Shown: positions 29,182-39,509, numbered from the stretch's first letter. The stretch is 42,150 bases of DNA from a bacterium (GCA_031362565.1 JANLSU010000099.1:1-42150), one strand, 5' to 3'. Notes: generated by a model from the letters alone, not told the origin. Program-made: numbers and translations.

Positions 29182-30111
29182 TCATCGCCGCGGTGGGCGT
29201 GCGAAGCCAAACTCACCGCGATCACGTTCGACCAAACGGTCACGGTCACGGTAGATGCCCAGGTCGGCGAGACCGCGGGCGTATTCGTACCGCATCACGA
29301 GTTGATCGACGGCGCAGGCCTGCGGGTCGAACCACGTTTCGCGCACCGTGTCGCGCTGACGGTCGCCCCAACCCGTGCCCGGGAACGACTTGCTGTCCGT
29401 CTTGCCGGACGATTCGAGCGTCTGCGGCGCGGATTGTGCCGTGTCCTGCGGCTTGCTCTTGCCGAGGGCCCGCCCCTCGGCGCCAGGCGCTTCGGGCTTG
29501 GCAGCGCTCAATTCATCGCGCTGCCAGTCGCCGCGGTCGTGCTCGCGGTTGCGCTGTGACGGGTCGTACATCGTCACCGGCGGCACTTCCTCGAACGCCA
29601 GAACGCGAATCCAACCCAAGTCGCCATTCTCTTGGCCGGTGCGGGTCGCATACGAACGTTCTTCGTCCACGAACACGAACTTCCGGATCTCTTTGAGTGA
29701 AGTCCGCCAGCCGCGGATCGTGGCAGTTTCCCAGGCGTCGAGAACGTACATCGGTTCGTGGCTCGCGAGCGCCGAGCGCTCGCCGTTCACGACATTCAAG
29801 CCGTCGACGCTTATCAGCACGCCAACGCGGCGGCCGGTGTGGTTGTGAATGCGGAGCGCGTAATTCTCCCCGCGCTGCGCTTCCACGTAGCGGCGGTCGT
29901 CGCTACCGGAGGTGCGGTACAAAGGTGCGGTGTGTCCGTCGACTTGCACTTCGACCGTCACCAGCCGGCCACAGAAGGCTGTTTCCCAAGGCGCCGGAAC
30001 CTGGCGCCGATAACGATCGGCCTGGGCTGCCGGCGAGGCCAAAAGAGTAAGCAGACCGGCGCAGAGCGCCGCGAAACGCACGTTGTGGAACAACCGGAAT
30101 GCCGTGGACAT
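29182..30111 (-). CDS. Exported hypothetical protein
   Basis: Signal peptide, RBS GGAGG, globular core (YALRIHN..RVGVLISVDGLNVVNG..IRGWRTS..FVF) and GTGWG..V motif; function not recognised. Confidence 0.75.
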   Translation of the reverse strand: MSTAFRLFHNVRFAALCAGLLTLLASPAAQADRYRRQVPAPWETAFCGRLVTVEVQVDGHTAPLYRTSGSDDRRYVEAQRGENYALRIHNHTGRRVGVLISVDGLNVVNGERSALASHEPMYVLDAWETATIRGWRTSLKEIRKFVFVDEERSYATRTGQENGDLGWIRVLAFEEVPPVTMYDPSQRNREHDRGDWQRDELSAAKPEAPGAEGRALGKSKPQDTAQSAPQTLESSGKTDSKSFPGTGWGDRQRDTVRETWFDPQACAVDQLVMRYEYARGLADLGIYRDRDRLVERDRGEFGFARPPRR

Positions 30112-30246
30112 GATGATCCTCCCGAAGGTTCGGCCCGGGACGGGCCGTTTCCCCCTTCGGAGAGACTTACTCGCGTCGTCGTCGGCCTATTCCCTTGGGC
30201 GCTCGGGCGCGCTGGGAGAGGTCGTCCAGACTCTGGAACGACGTGG

Positions 30247-30960
30247 CTACTTCCCGTGGCGCCGCTTCGGGCCCGCGCCCGCACCCGCTCGCGGCCGGGT
30301 CGCGAACCACAATGTGTGGCGGCCGCCCTTCGTGCGCCGCGACCGCACGGTGTCCTCTTCGACCTCGAAGCCGATCTGCGTCAAAAGGCGCGTGAAACCC
30401 CGGTCGGGAGCGATCGACCAAACGCCGAGGATACCGCCCTCGCAGAGCGCATCGAATGCGGCGGCCAAGCCGGCGGGCGAGTAGAGCCAATTGTTCTTGG
30501 TGCGCGTGAGCCCGGTCGGTCCGTTGTCGATATCGAGAAGAATCGCGTCGTAGGCGGCGCGCTTCACCTTGTAGGCGGCGGCGACATCGCCCTCCCACAC
30601 CACAGTGCGTGGGTCCTCGAGGGGCCGGCCCGCGAGGTGAGCGAGAGGGCCGCGGTTCCATTCCACGACTGCCGGGACGAGTTCCGCCACGGTAACGCGG
30701 GCCGTGGGCCCGAGATGCTGCAGTGCCGCAGCGAGCGTGTATCCCATGCCGAGCCCGCCGACCAGAACGTGGGCGGCAGCGCCGCGCGCGATGCGGGCGC
30801 ACGCCCGCTCGGCCAGCACATCCTCCGACCCGTGCATCGTGCTGCCCATGAGCGTCACGGTGCCAATGCGAATCACGAACTCCGTGCCGCGTTGCGACAG
30901 CACGAGCGTCACATTCTCGCCTGGGATGGTGGCGCTGCCGAGTTGTTTCCAGGGAAGGAT
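30247..30960 (-). CDS. Spermidine-synthase-like SAM-dependent methyltransferase; probable start at ATC 30960
   Basis: LMGSTMHGSE, VLVGGLGMGYTL, VAELVPAVVEWNRGPL, DAILLDIDNGP. The family-like N-terminus (x)LPWKQLGSATIPG lies upstream of the track's GTG 30912. Confidence 0.85.
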   Translation of the reverse strand: MLPWKQLGSATIPGENVTLVLSQRGTEFVIRIGTVTLMGSTMHGSEDVLAERACARIARGAAAHVLVGGLGMGYTLAAALQHLGPTARVTVAELVPAVVEWNRGPLAHLAGRPLEDPRTVVWEGDVAAAYKVKRAAYDAILLDIDNGPTGLTRTKNNWLYSPAGLAAAFDALCEGGILGVWSIAPDRGFTRLLTQIGFEVEEDTVRSRRTKGGRHTLWFATRPRAGAGAGPKRRHGK

Positions 30961-31001
30961 CGGTCACTCCTCTTCTGCGAATCGCAGGACAAGTCGCGAA
31001 G

Positions 31002-31484
31002 TTAGACGGTCGCGCTCTGGCCGGATACGACACGGATCCAGCGACGAAGCCGCCAAAACACGAGCCCGGAGTACAGCGCCGAGATGGCGACGTCATACCA
31101 CTCCGTTTGATACTTGTCCCCATGCGCGACCTGAAGACCCAGCATGCGCAGGATGATTTCGACGACCAGGTACGTGGGAAGCATCAGAACGACGAACCGG
31201 ATTCCGAGTGGCCATGAGAGACAAATGAAACGAGTCAGAAAATTCTTGTTGTCCCCCTGGCGGTTCGCCTTCGCGCACACAAGGGCGCCGATCACCATGA
31301 TCGACACACTCACTGCGCCGTCAAGAAACGACCAGATGTCGACGGTGTTGGGAATCCAAGAAGTGAGGAAAGGCAGGATCTCGTACAGGAGAATCGTTGC
31401 CACCAGGTACTTGACCTGTTCCGATTCGGTCACGGTTTCTTTTTGAAGTTCGCTGGCCAGAGCGCCAGTGTTCCAAAAATACAC
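31002..31484 (-). CDS. Small integral membrane hypothetical protein (about 4 TM)
   Basis: GTG-YFWN start after GGAGG; hydrophobic helices; more AT-rich than the flanks. Confidence 0.7.
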   Translation of the reverse strand: MYFWNTGALASELQKETVTESEQVKYLVATILLYEILPFLTSWIPNTVDIWSFLDGAVSVSIMVIGALVCAKANRQGDNKNFLTRFICLSWPLGIRFVVLMLPTYLVVEIILRMLGLQVAHGDKYQTEWYDVAISALYSGLVFWRLRRWIRVVSGQSATV

Positions 31485-31644
31485 GCTTCCTCCGTTCATC
31501 CGCTCGCGCGGCACCCATGGGCAGACCTCGGCCGCGAGACGGCGAGTGGAGGTCGTGGGGTGGCAGCGGCGAAGCATCGCAGATCGGGGCCGTTCAAGAC
31601 AAGTGGCCGCCAAGATGGCGCGCCCGCGGCTCACGAGTAAGGTC

Positions 31645-32606
31645 TTAGAACCGCAAGCCGAACCGAATTCCAGCATCCGCAACATGCGGTGACCAAGCGG
31701 CGAGGCTCCACGTTGTGCCCGTGCAGCGCGCGGCGGTTTCCATTCGGCGTGCGCGCCTCGCGTGCAACAACGAGCGCATTCCAAGCGCTGCGCTGACGGT
31801 GCCGACCACGAAGTTCGTGGCGACGTGCGGACTCTCGACATGGTGCTCGCCGCGGTTCTCGATGGCCCCACCGATGACTCCTACCATGGTTTGCGCGAAA
31901 CCCGCCGTGACTCCCAAGACACCGGGCACGACGCTACTCCCAGTGCGCGTGGTGAGCAGGTTCCAAGCAATCAAACCGCCGTTCACGCCGGTCGCAGCGA
32001 TGGTCGTTGCGGCATAAGCGTCTTCGGTGTTGTCTTGTGCATCGTACGGACGCCCGCCGTACGACGGCTGGATCATCGCCGCCTCGACCGCCGAAAGCCC
32101 CACCGAATCCAGCCAGCGGCACAACTCGCCGTCGTTCGCGAGTGCGGCAATCGTCGCTAGGTTACGAGTCCGATGGATGCGCCGCGCCAAATCCTCGCGA
32201 CCTGAACGCGCCATCAAGTAGCCGACGGCGCAATGGGTCCCATGTTCATCGATGAACACCGGCGTACCCGCCCCGCCACGCCGTGGTTGTGCGGGAACAC
32301 GCCGCGGTGGCGATATTCATGCAGCGCATCGAGCAACTGCGCACGCGCTGCGCCCCGAGCAGCCGAATAGCCCGCCACATCAGCCGTGCGCATCGCCGTC
32401 TCGACCCGCGCCAGGTGAGCGCGGATGTGGGCGCGCTCCACCTCTGCATCGCGAGGCGTCATGATGCGCGCTCCCCAATCCGGCGTCTGCACGTCGTCCG
32501 GCGCGAACTGGATCGACGGCGAAACGGTCCCAGCGTGGTTCGCGATGGCCAGGGCGCAAACCATGACTCCGACCGCGACCCAACAAAGGTGTTTCCATGA
32601 CTTCAT
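31645..32606 (-). pseudogene. Frameshifted exported/membrane hypothetical protein
   Basis: Frame 1 reads MKSWK..HIRAHL..LLDALHEYRHRGVFPHNH. Frame 2 continues TPVFIDEHGTHCAVGYLM..AAMIQPSY. One base is missing near 32266. Confidence 0.7.
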
Positions 32607-32800
32607 GACGGCTTCCTTTTGCCCGAGCGTGTCCGCTCGCCAAACCAAGGGGGGCGTGCCCAGGGGTTCCGAATGATTGTCCCGTTCCGGCCCGATGTCA
32701 AACCCCCATTGTGAGGCCGTCAGCCCTCCCCGTATGGTGCTGGTGTGAAGATCGACTCCCAACGGACCACGTCGGGTGGTTTGATGACGGGAGTGGACCC

Positions 32801-34003
32801 ATGAAATCTGCTTTGCCATGCGTTCTGACGATCAACGGCGGTTCGTCGAGCATCCGGTTCGCGGCGTATGAGGCCGGCAAGGTGCCGCGCCTGCGGCTCG
32901 CGGGGAAGATCGATCGCATCGGTTTGCGCGGCACGAATCTGATCGTCAGCGCTGCGGCTGGGAAAGCGCCGGCTCCACGCCGACTTGCCGCGGCCGATCA
33001 TCGCGCGGCAGTCCGTTTCCTGCTGGACTGGCTCGAAGTACAGCCGGTCTTCGCGGCGGTTCACGCCGTGGGACACCGTGTCGTGCACGGCATGCAGCAC
33101 TCCGAACCGGAGCGCGTCACGCCGAAGCTGCTCGCCGAACTGCGCCGCATCCAGCCGTATGATCCCGAGCATCTGCCACGCGAGATCGAGCTCATCGAGG
33201 CGTTCCGGAAGCGGCATCCAAAGCTGCCGCAAGTGGCGTGCTTCGACACCGCGTTTCACCGCACCATGCCGCGCGTCGCCAAGCTCTTGCCGATCCCGCG
33301 GCGTTACGCGGCAAAGGGTGTGGAGCGCTACGGCTTCCACGGACTGTCGTACGCGTACTTGATGGAGGAACTCGGGCGCCTCGATCCCGCGGCGGCCAAG
33401 GGCCGCGTCATCCTCGCGCATCTGGGGAATGGTGCGAGCCTGGCTGCCGTCCGCCACGGCAAGAGCATCGACACCAGCATGGGCTTCACACCGGCGGCCG
33501 GATTGGTGATGGGAACGCGCACCGGCGACTTGGATCCCGGTTTGGCCTACTACCTCGCCCGCACCGAGCGCATGACGGCGGTGCAGTTCCAGCACTTGGT
33601 GAATCACGAATGCGGCCTGCTCGGAGTCTCGGGCACGAGTTCCGACCTGCGCGACTTGTGCGCCCGCGAAGCCACCGATGTTCGGGCCGCAGAAGCGGTC
33701 GAGCTTTTTTGCTACCAAGTGCGGAAGTGGATTGGTGCCTTCGCCGCGGCGCTTGGCGGCGTGGACACACTTGTCTTCTCCGCCGGCATCGGCGAAAACG
33801 CGCCCAGCATCCGCAAGCGCATCTGTGCCAAACTCGGTTTTCTCGGGATCGAACTCGATCCCAAGCGCAATGCGAAGAATGCGCCGCTGATTTCGCCGCG
33901 CGCCGGTCGTGTCAAAGTGCGCGTCATCCGCACCGACGAGGAACTCATGATCGCGCGCTCCGTGACCCGCGTCCTACGCCTCGGCTCTACTCGGAAGATG
34001 TGA
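32801..34003 (+). CDS. ackA: Acetate/propionate kinase
   Basis: LTINGGSSSIRF, GHRVVHG, ACFDTAFH, RYGFHGLSY, HLGNGAS, TSMGFTP..GLVMGTRTGDLDPG, GIGEN, TDEELMIA. Confidence 0.95.
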   Translation: MKSALPCVLTINGGSSSIRFAAYEAGKVPRLRLAGKIDRIGLRGTNLIVSAAAGKAPAPRRLAAADHRAAVRFLLDWLEVQPVFAAVHAVGHRVVHGMQHSEPERVTPKLLAELRRIQPYDPEHLPREIELIEAFRKRHPKLPQVACFDTAFHRTMPRVAKLLPIPRRYAAKGVERYGFHGLSYAYLMEELGRLDPAAAKGRVILAHLGNGASLAAVRHGKSIDTSMGFTPAAGLVMGTRTGDLDPGLAYYLARTERMTAVQFQHLVNHECGLLGVSGTSSDLRDLCAREATDVRAAEAVELFCYQVRKWIGAFAAALGGVDTLVFSAGIGENAPSIRKRICAKLGFLGIELDPKRNAKNAPLISPRAGRVKVRVIRTDEELMIARSVTRVLRLGSTRKM

Positions 34004-34006
34004 AAC

Positions 34007-36385
34007 ATGCAGACCAACGCCCTCACGCCGGAACTGCTCCTCAAGATGGATGCGTACTGGCGCGCCGCCAACTATCTCGCGGTCGGGCAGATGTATCTCT
34101 ACGACAATCCGCTGCTCGAGCGGCCGCTCGGGCTCGCGGATGTGAAGCGCATGCTGCTCGGACACTGGGGCACGACTCCCGGCCAGAACTTCATCTATGT
34201 GCACTTGAACCGAGTCATCCAGAAGTACGACCTCGACATGATCTATATCTCCGGCCCCGGGCACGGCGGTCCCGCGGTCGTAGGCAACACGTATCTCGAG
34301 GGCACCTACAGCGAGATCTATCCCGACGTCAGCCAAGATGAGGCCGGGCTTCGCCGGCTCTTCCGGCAGTTTTCGTTTCCGGGCGGGATTCCGAGCCACG
34401 CGTCTTCGGAGTGCCCGGGGTCGATCCATGAGGGCGGCGAACTGGGCTATTCACTCAGCCATGCGTTCGGGGCGGTGTTCGACAATCCCGATCTCGTCGT
34501 CGCCTGCGTCGTTGGCGACGGCGAAGCGGAAACCGGACCACTGGCCACGGCATGGCACTCCAACAAGTTTCTCGACCCCGCCACCGACGGCGCGGTGCTG
34601 CCGATCCTGCATCTCAACGGCTACAAGATCGCCAACCCCGCCGTCCTCGCTCGCATCACGCGCGAGGAATTGGAGCAGTTGTTCCGCGGCTACGGCTGGA
34701 CGCCCTACTTCGTCGCGGGCCACGAGCCGGCGCTCATGCACGAGGCGATGGCGGCGACACTCGACGTCGCAATCGAGCAGATCAAAACCATCCAGCGGGA
34801 TGCGCGTCTCCACGGTAACGGCGTGCGGCCGCGTTGGCCGATGATCGTCCTCGATTCGCCCAAGGGCTGGACCGGCCCGAAAATGGTCGACGGACGTCAA
34901 ATCGAAGGCACCTTCCGTTCGCACCAGGTGCCGCTCTCCGACCCGGCGACGCATCCTGAACATCTCCAGATGTTGGAAGACTGGTTGCGGAGCTACCGGC
35001 CGGAGGAACTCTTCGATGCCGCGGGCCGCCTAAAACCGGAACTGGCCGAGCTTGCACCCAAGGGTGACCGCCGCATGGGTGCGAATCCGCACGCCAACGG
35101 CGGTATTCTGCTTCGCGATCTGCGCCTGCCGGATTTCCGCGCCTATGCGGCCGACGTGCCCGAGCCCGGTACCCACGGCATCGGCGACACACATGTGCTC
35201 GGGCGCTTCCTGCGCGATGTGACGAAGCTGAACAGCGAGCAGCGGAATTTCCGGGTCTTTGGGCCCGACGAGACGCTCTCGAACGGCCTAGAGGCCCTCT
35301 TCGAGGTCACCCAGCGTCAGTGGAATGCGGCAACCGTGCCGACCGACGAGTTCCTGGCGCCCACGGGGCGCGTCATGGAAATGCTGAGCGAGCATCAATG
35401 CGAGGGTTGGCTCGAGGGCTACTTGCTGACCGGGCGCCACGGACTCTTCAACTGCTACGAGGCGTTCATTCACATTATTGATTCGATGTTCAACCAGCAC
35501 GCCAAGTGGCTGAAGGTCACAGCGCATTTGCCGTGGCGGCGGAAGATCGCGTCGTTGAACTACCTGCTGGCGTCGCATGTCTGGCGCCAGGACCACAACG
35601 GCTTCACCCATCAAGATCCCGGCTTCATCGACCACGTCGTCAACAAGAAGGCCGAGGTCGTGCGCGTGTACTTGCCGCCGGATGCCAATTGCCTGCTGTC
35701 GGTGATGGACCATTGTCTGCGGAGCCGCCACTACGTCAATGTCGTGATTGCGGGCAAACACCCGGCGCCGCAGTGGCTGAGCATGGACGCGGCCGTCAAA
35801 CACTGCACGGCGGGCATCGGCATCTGGCAGTGGGCGAGCAATGACCAGGGTGTTTCACCCGACGTGGTCATGGCGTGCTGTGGCGACGTTCCGACGCTCG
35901 AGACACTCGCCGCCGTGTCGATCCTGCGCGAACAACTGCCCGAGCTCAAGATTCGGGTGGTCAATGTCGTCGACCTCATGAAGCTGCAGCCGCCAACCGA
36001 GCACCCGCACGGCTTGAGTGACATGGAGTTCGACGAGATCTTCACCAAGGACAAGCCGGTCATCTTTGCCTTTCACGCCTATCCGTGGCTGATTCACCGG
36101 CTGACCTACCGCCGCACCAACCACGACAACATCCACGTGCGCGGTTACAAGGAAGAGGGCACCATCACCACGCCCTTCGACATGACGGTGCTGAACGACC
36201 TGGACCGTTTCCACCTCGTGATGGACACCATCAACCGCCTGCCGCAGACCGGTGAACGTGGTTTGTATCTGAAGAGGCAACTCGAGGAGAGACTTCTCGA
36301 GCACAAGCAATACATCGACAAGTACGGCCAAGACATGCCGGAAATTCGCGACTGGCGTTGGGGCGTTCCAGGAAGTATGCGTTGA
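34007..36385 (+). CDS. xfp: Xylulose-5-phosphate/fructose-6-phosphate phosphoketolase
   Basis: [28 protein letters not shown], ThDP motif [57 protein letters not shown]. Confidence 0.97.
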   Translation: MQTNALTPELLLKMDAYWRAANYLAVGQMYLYDNPLLERPLGLADVKRMLLGHWGTTPGQNFIYVHLNRVIQKYDLDMIYISGPGHGGPAVVGNTYLEGTYSEIYPDVSQDEAGLRRLFRQFSFPGGIPSHASSECPGSIHEGGELGYSLSHAFGAVFDNPDLVVACVVGDGEAETGPLATAWHSNKFLDPATDGAVLPILHLNGYKIANPAVLARITREELEQLFRGYGWTPYFVAGHEPALMHEAMAATLDVAIEQIKTIQRDARLHGNGVRPRWPMIVLDSPKGWTGPKMVDGRQIEGTFRSHQVPLSDPATHPEHLQMLEDWLRSYRPEELFDAAGRLKPELAELAPKGDRRMGANPHANGGILLRDLRLPDFRAYAADVPEPGTHGIGDTHVLGRFLRDVTKLNSEQRNFRVFGPDETLSNGLEALFEVTQRQWNAATVPTDEFLAPTGRVMEMLSEHQCEGWLEGYLLTGRHGLFNCYEAFIHIIDSMFNQHAKWLKVTAHLPWRRKIASLNYLLASHVWRQDHNGFTHQDPGFIDHVVNKKAEVVRVYLPPDANCLLSVMDHCLRSRHYVNVVIAGKHPAPQWLSMDAAVKHCTAGIGIWQWASNDQGVSPDVVMACCGDVPTLETLAAVSILREQLPELKIRVVNVVDLMKLQPPTEHPHGLSDMEFDEIFTKDKPVIFAFHAYPWLIHRLTYRRTNHDNIHVRGYKEEGTITTPFDMTVLNDLDRFHLVMDTINRLPQTGERGLYLKRQLEERLLEHKQYIDKYGQDMPEIRDWRWGVPGSMR

Positions 36386-36438
36386 ACGCGCGCCGCCTCT
36401 GGTAGAGTGCACGAGGGACGTGTGGGGAGGGGGCCGGA

Positions 36439-36750
36439 ATGTCGGAGTGGTTCGTGTATCTCGTGCGTTGCCGCGACGGTTCGCTCTACACGGGCATCGC
36501 GACCGATGTCGGCCGCCGTATCGCTGAACATGAAGGGTACGCTGCGAAGGGCGCCAAGTTCCTGCGCGGCAGGGGACCGTTGCACCTCGAGCTCGCACGC
36601 GAAATCGGTCCGCGGGATTTGGCACTCCGAGTCGAACGCCAGATCAAGAAGCTTCCCAAAGCCCGCAAGGAAGAGCTGATCGAACAGAAAGCCCGTGTGG
36701 ATCAACTGGTCGATGCGGCCCGGGCGCGGCTGACTGCGGACAGCAGCTAG
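36439..36750 (+). CDS. Small GIY-YIG nuclease (UPF0213/YhbQ-like)
   Basis: WFVYLVRCRDGSLYTGIATDVGRRIAEH..GAKFLRGRGP..ALRVERQIKKL. Confidence 0.9.
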   Translation: MSEWFVYLVRCRDGSLYTGIATDVGRRIAEHEGYAAKGAKFLRGRGPLHLELAREIGPRDLALRVERQIKKLPKARKEELIEQKARVDQLVDAARARLTADSS

Positions 36751-37056
36751 TTTGGTTAGCACAAAGAAGAGTCGCGACTCACGAACTCGGTCGGCACCGG
36801 CAATGCCGAGGCTGCTCGCGCCTTGCAGCACGGCCACGACATACATGTTCACCGGCGTGAGTGCGGGAACGGTGAAGCACGTGTTGTCACCCTGCGGGGT
36901 CGTGAAGACGCCAATGATCCCATCCCCCACGCGAGGCTTATTGGTTCCCGGAGGGCCCCAAAGGGTAAAGTCTTCCGAAGGACTTAGAATACGCCTTTCG
37001 GGAGCGGCGGCATAGACTCGGCGTTCCTGGTGCGGAGCCAAGCTCCGACTACTCAT

Positions 37057-38175
37057 TCAGATGAGCTGCGAAAGCAGGACTGGAGCGGGGCAGGCGCGAA
37101 TTCCTTCTGGGGTTACGAAGTCCTTGCGACCCGTGGCGCTCAACTGCCAAGCCGCGCACGATGGGAAGCGGGTTTTGAGGTAGTGGAGGCTGCGGTCCAC
37201 GGCGTCGTCTGCCCACTTACAGTCCACCATCGTGATGGGTTTGCGCCCCTCCACCACGACGAAGTCCACTTCCCGGCCGTCCGTGTCCCGGAAGTATCGC
37301 AGCTCCAGATCGCGCCCGCGGGCATCCTGCTCATGGTGCACCCATTTGAGAAGGTGCGCAGCCACGAGGTTTTCGAAGCGCTGTGCCGGCTCGGAGGGTA
37401 GCGTCCAGTCGAAGTGATAGTGCTTGGACGCCTTCTTGATGGCGCGGATTCCCGGGGCTCCGAAGGGCGGCACGCGGAATATGGCATAGAGCCGCTCCAG
37501 GATTCGCAGCCAATTCGACACCGTCTTGTGGCTCACTTGCAAGTCCTCGCGCAGACCGTTCAACGACAGCGGCGAGCCGACGAGCTCCGGGAGCCGCAGC
37601 ACCATCAGCTCGAGGTTTCCAAGGTCATGGACTCGCTCCAGGCTCGTCAGTTCCTCCCGAATGAGGAGATTGCGGTGCTCGCGGGACCAACGCCGGGCCT
37701 CGACCTCGGCACCGCCGAAGTACGGCTCCGGGAACCCTCCAAGGATCAGCAGGTCACCCAGTTCCTTGGCGGTTTCGAGGCCGAGTTCGGCGACCGACAG
37801 CGGGTGCATCCGAAGCAGATGATAGCGGCCTTGGAGGGAATCGCCTCCCCGCCGGTAGAAGTCGAGGCGGGCGCTTCCGGTGACCAAGATGTGCTGCGAA
37901 CGCGGCTTGATGTCGTACAACCCCTTCAGCAGATTCCGCCAGGACTTGTACTTGTGAATTTCGTCGAAGACCCAGAGTGGCGACGCGGGAAACTCGCGCC
38001 GGAGGATGCGCTCGCGGTGCTCGGGCACGTCCCAGTTGAGATAGCCACGTTTACCGTCGCGCAGGCCCTTGGCCAGTGTGGTCTTGCCCACCTGCCGGGG
38101 CCCGGCGACGAACACCATCTTCTTCTTCAGGTCACGCTCGACCTGTGGCGTGATGTACCGCCGGAGGGGTCGCAT
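37057..38175 (-). CDS. AAA_14 ATPase with DUF4143 / PD-(D/E)xK-like C-terminus
   Basis: GPRQVGKTT, FDEIHK, VTGSARL, SLQGR, GGFPEP, FENLVA..L.K, YFRD..GREVDF. Confidence 0.92.
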   Translation of the reverse strand: MRPLRRYITPQVERDLKKKMVFVAGPRQVGKTTLAKGLRDGKRGYLNWDVPEHRERILRREFPASPLWVFDEIHKYKSWRNLLKGLYDIKPRSQHILVTGSARLDFYRRGGDSLQGRYHLLRMHPLSVAELGLETAKELGDLLILGGFPEPYFGGAEVEARRWSREHRNLLIREELTSLERVHDLGNLELMVLRLPELVGSPLSLNGLREDLQVSHKTVSNWLRILERLYAIFRVPPFGAPGIRAIKKASKHYHFDWTLPSEPAQRFENLVAAHLLKWVHHEQDARGRDLELRYFRDTDGREVDFVVVEGRKPITMVDCKWADDAVDRSLHYLKTRFPSCAAWQLSATGRKDFVTPEGIRACPAPVLLSQLI

Positions 38176-38182
38176 GTCCAAG

Positions 38183-38211
38183 ACCTTACAGAGGTTTTCT
38201 ACCGTAGGCAA
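38183..38211 (-). promoter_or_regulatory. Putative sigma70 promoter TTGCCT-N17-TAAGGT of the AAA_14 gene
   Basis: 17-nt spacing; the -10 ends 7 nt before ATG 38175 and no RBS is present. Confidence 0.45.
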
Positions 38212-38331
38212 ATAATTTCATGAAGTTTTTCACCCATGGGAGAAATTGTCCGTGCAGCGGTGTGGAGATCGGTCTTGGCGCGAGTCCGATGCGCGCCCCC
38301 CCCGTCGGCGATCGTGCAGGACCTTGACGCG

Positions 38332-38368
38332 CGCATAGCGCATAGGAACTTCGCGCATAGGAACTTCG
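38332..38368 (-). repeat. Tandem reiteration of the oriIS tip: (CGAAGTTCCTATGCG)x2 + CTATGCG
   Basis: Exact 15-bp repeats at 38339-38353 and 38354-38368, plus a 7-bp partial copy at 38332-38338. Confidence 0.85.
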
Positions 38369-38594
38369 AACCGCATTTTGCCAGAAGCCGGCCGTAGCTT
38401 GGGGGGCCTGGCTTCCGCGAACCTCTATTGTTGGGGCGAAAACCGAGGAGAGGTGTGCGCCAGGACGCGGATTGGCGGGCGGAAAGCGGCTCGGAGCCTT
38501 GATTTCGGGCGCCGCCGAGCCGCGGTCCGTGTTGGCGGACGCGGAGCAGGTCGGGTTTGGGTGTGGTGGATGCTCGCCGGTGGCGCCGCGTGAT

Positions 38595-39509
38595 TCAGGG
38601 CGGCGAACGTGCCGGCGCGCCGGTTTGGAAGTCTTCGTCGAAGAGCGTCTCGTCGTGTTGTCGGGCGGGCGAAGTGGGCGGGACGTCTGCGTGGAGCCCG
38701 AGGTGGAGGAGGATCTTTCGTACGACATCGGGCTCGGAGAGGAGCGCAAGCACGACCATGGGCGTTGCACAGCGCGGGCAGGCGAGCGCGTCGAGGTGGA
38801 AGACACTCATGAGCAGCTGCGCCCAAGGAATCGAACGCCGGCGGTTTGGGGCGGGCGCGTCCGGTGCACTCGGCGCTTCGGGGCGTCTGTCATCGAACCG
38901 CGAGAGCTTGTTGTCGATCTTGACCGGCGGCTCTGCCCTGTCGCATGGAGTCTTGGACGGCGGCGTGGGGAGTTGTTTTCGCCATCGCGAGCGGCCGGCG
39001 AAGACGCCGTGGTAGCGGACGAGATTGGTGTAGGGCGCGGGCACGAGCGCAGCGAGGCGGCGCAGGAATTGGCCAGGCTCGAGGACGAGGCAATTGGCAC
39101 CTTGGGCATTGGGCCAAGGTTTGCGCAGGTGGTAGACGACCCGCCCATCGGATCTCCGGCTCAGGCGCTCTTGCGAAAACGGCGGACGCAGGCCGTAGCG
39201 GCAGAGCTTTTCCAGGGCGTCGCGGTCGTGTGCGGGCACGACGCGGGCTGCGTGCAACGAGAAGCCTGCGATCTTGGCGCAGAGTGGCGCGTCGGTGGAG
39301 GTGTGATCGAGCAGCTCGAGCCCGAGCTTTGGAAGCGGTGGCTCGATGGCCGTTGCGAGGGCGACGCGAATTGCTGCCGCGGTGCGCTCGAGCACGGCGT
39401 CGGAGCCGCCCGCGTCGTCCGATGCGCGTTCGATGACGGCGGTCAATCGCGCGGCGATCTTGTGGGTCAGGCCGTCTATGTCGGCGGATGTCGGCTCGGG
39501 CAGTGGCAC
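38595..39509 (-). pseudogene. IS91/ISCR-family transposase, C-terminal half only
   Basis: GFSLHA, LEKLCRYGLRPP, NLVRYHGVFA, WAQLLMSVF..CPRC. The zinc-binding and HUH regions are missing. Confidence 0.85.

Noticed and set aside
38332..38368. Direct repeats as a mini-CRISPR
   Set aside because: The repeats are adjacent with no spacers, only 15 bp long, and no cas genes are present.
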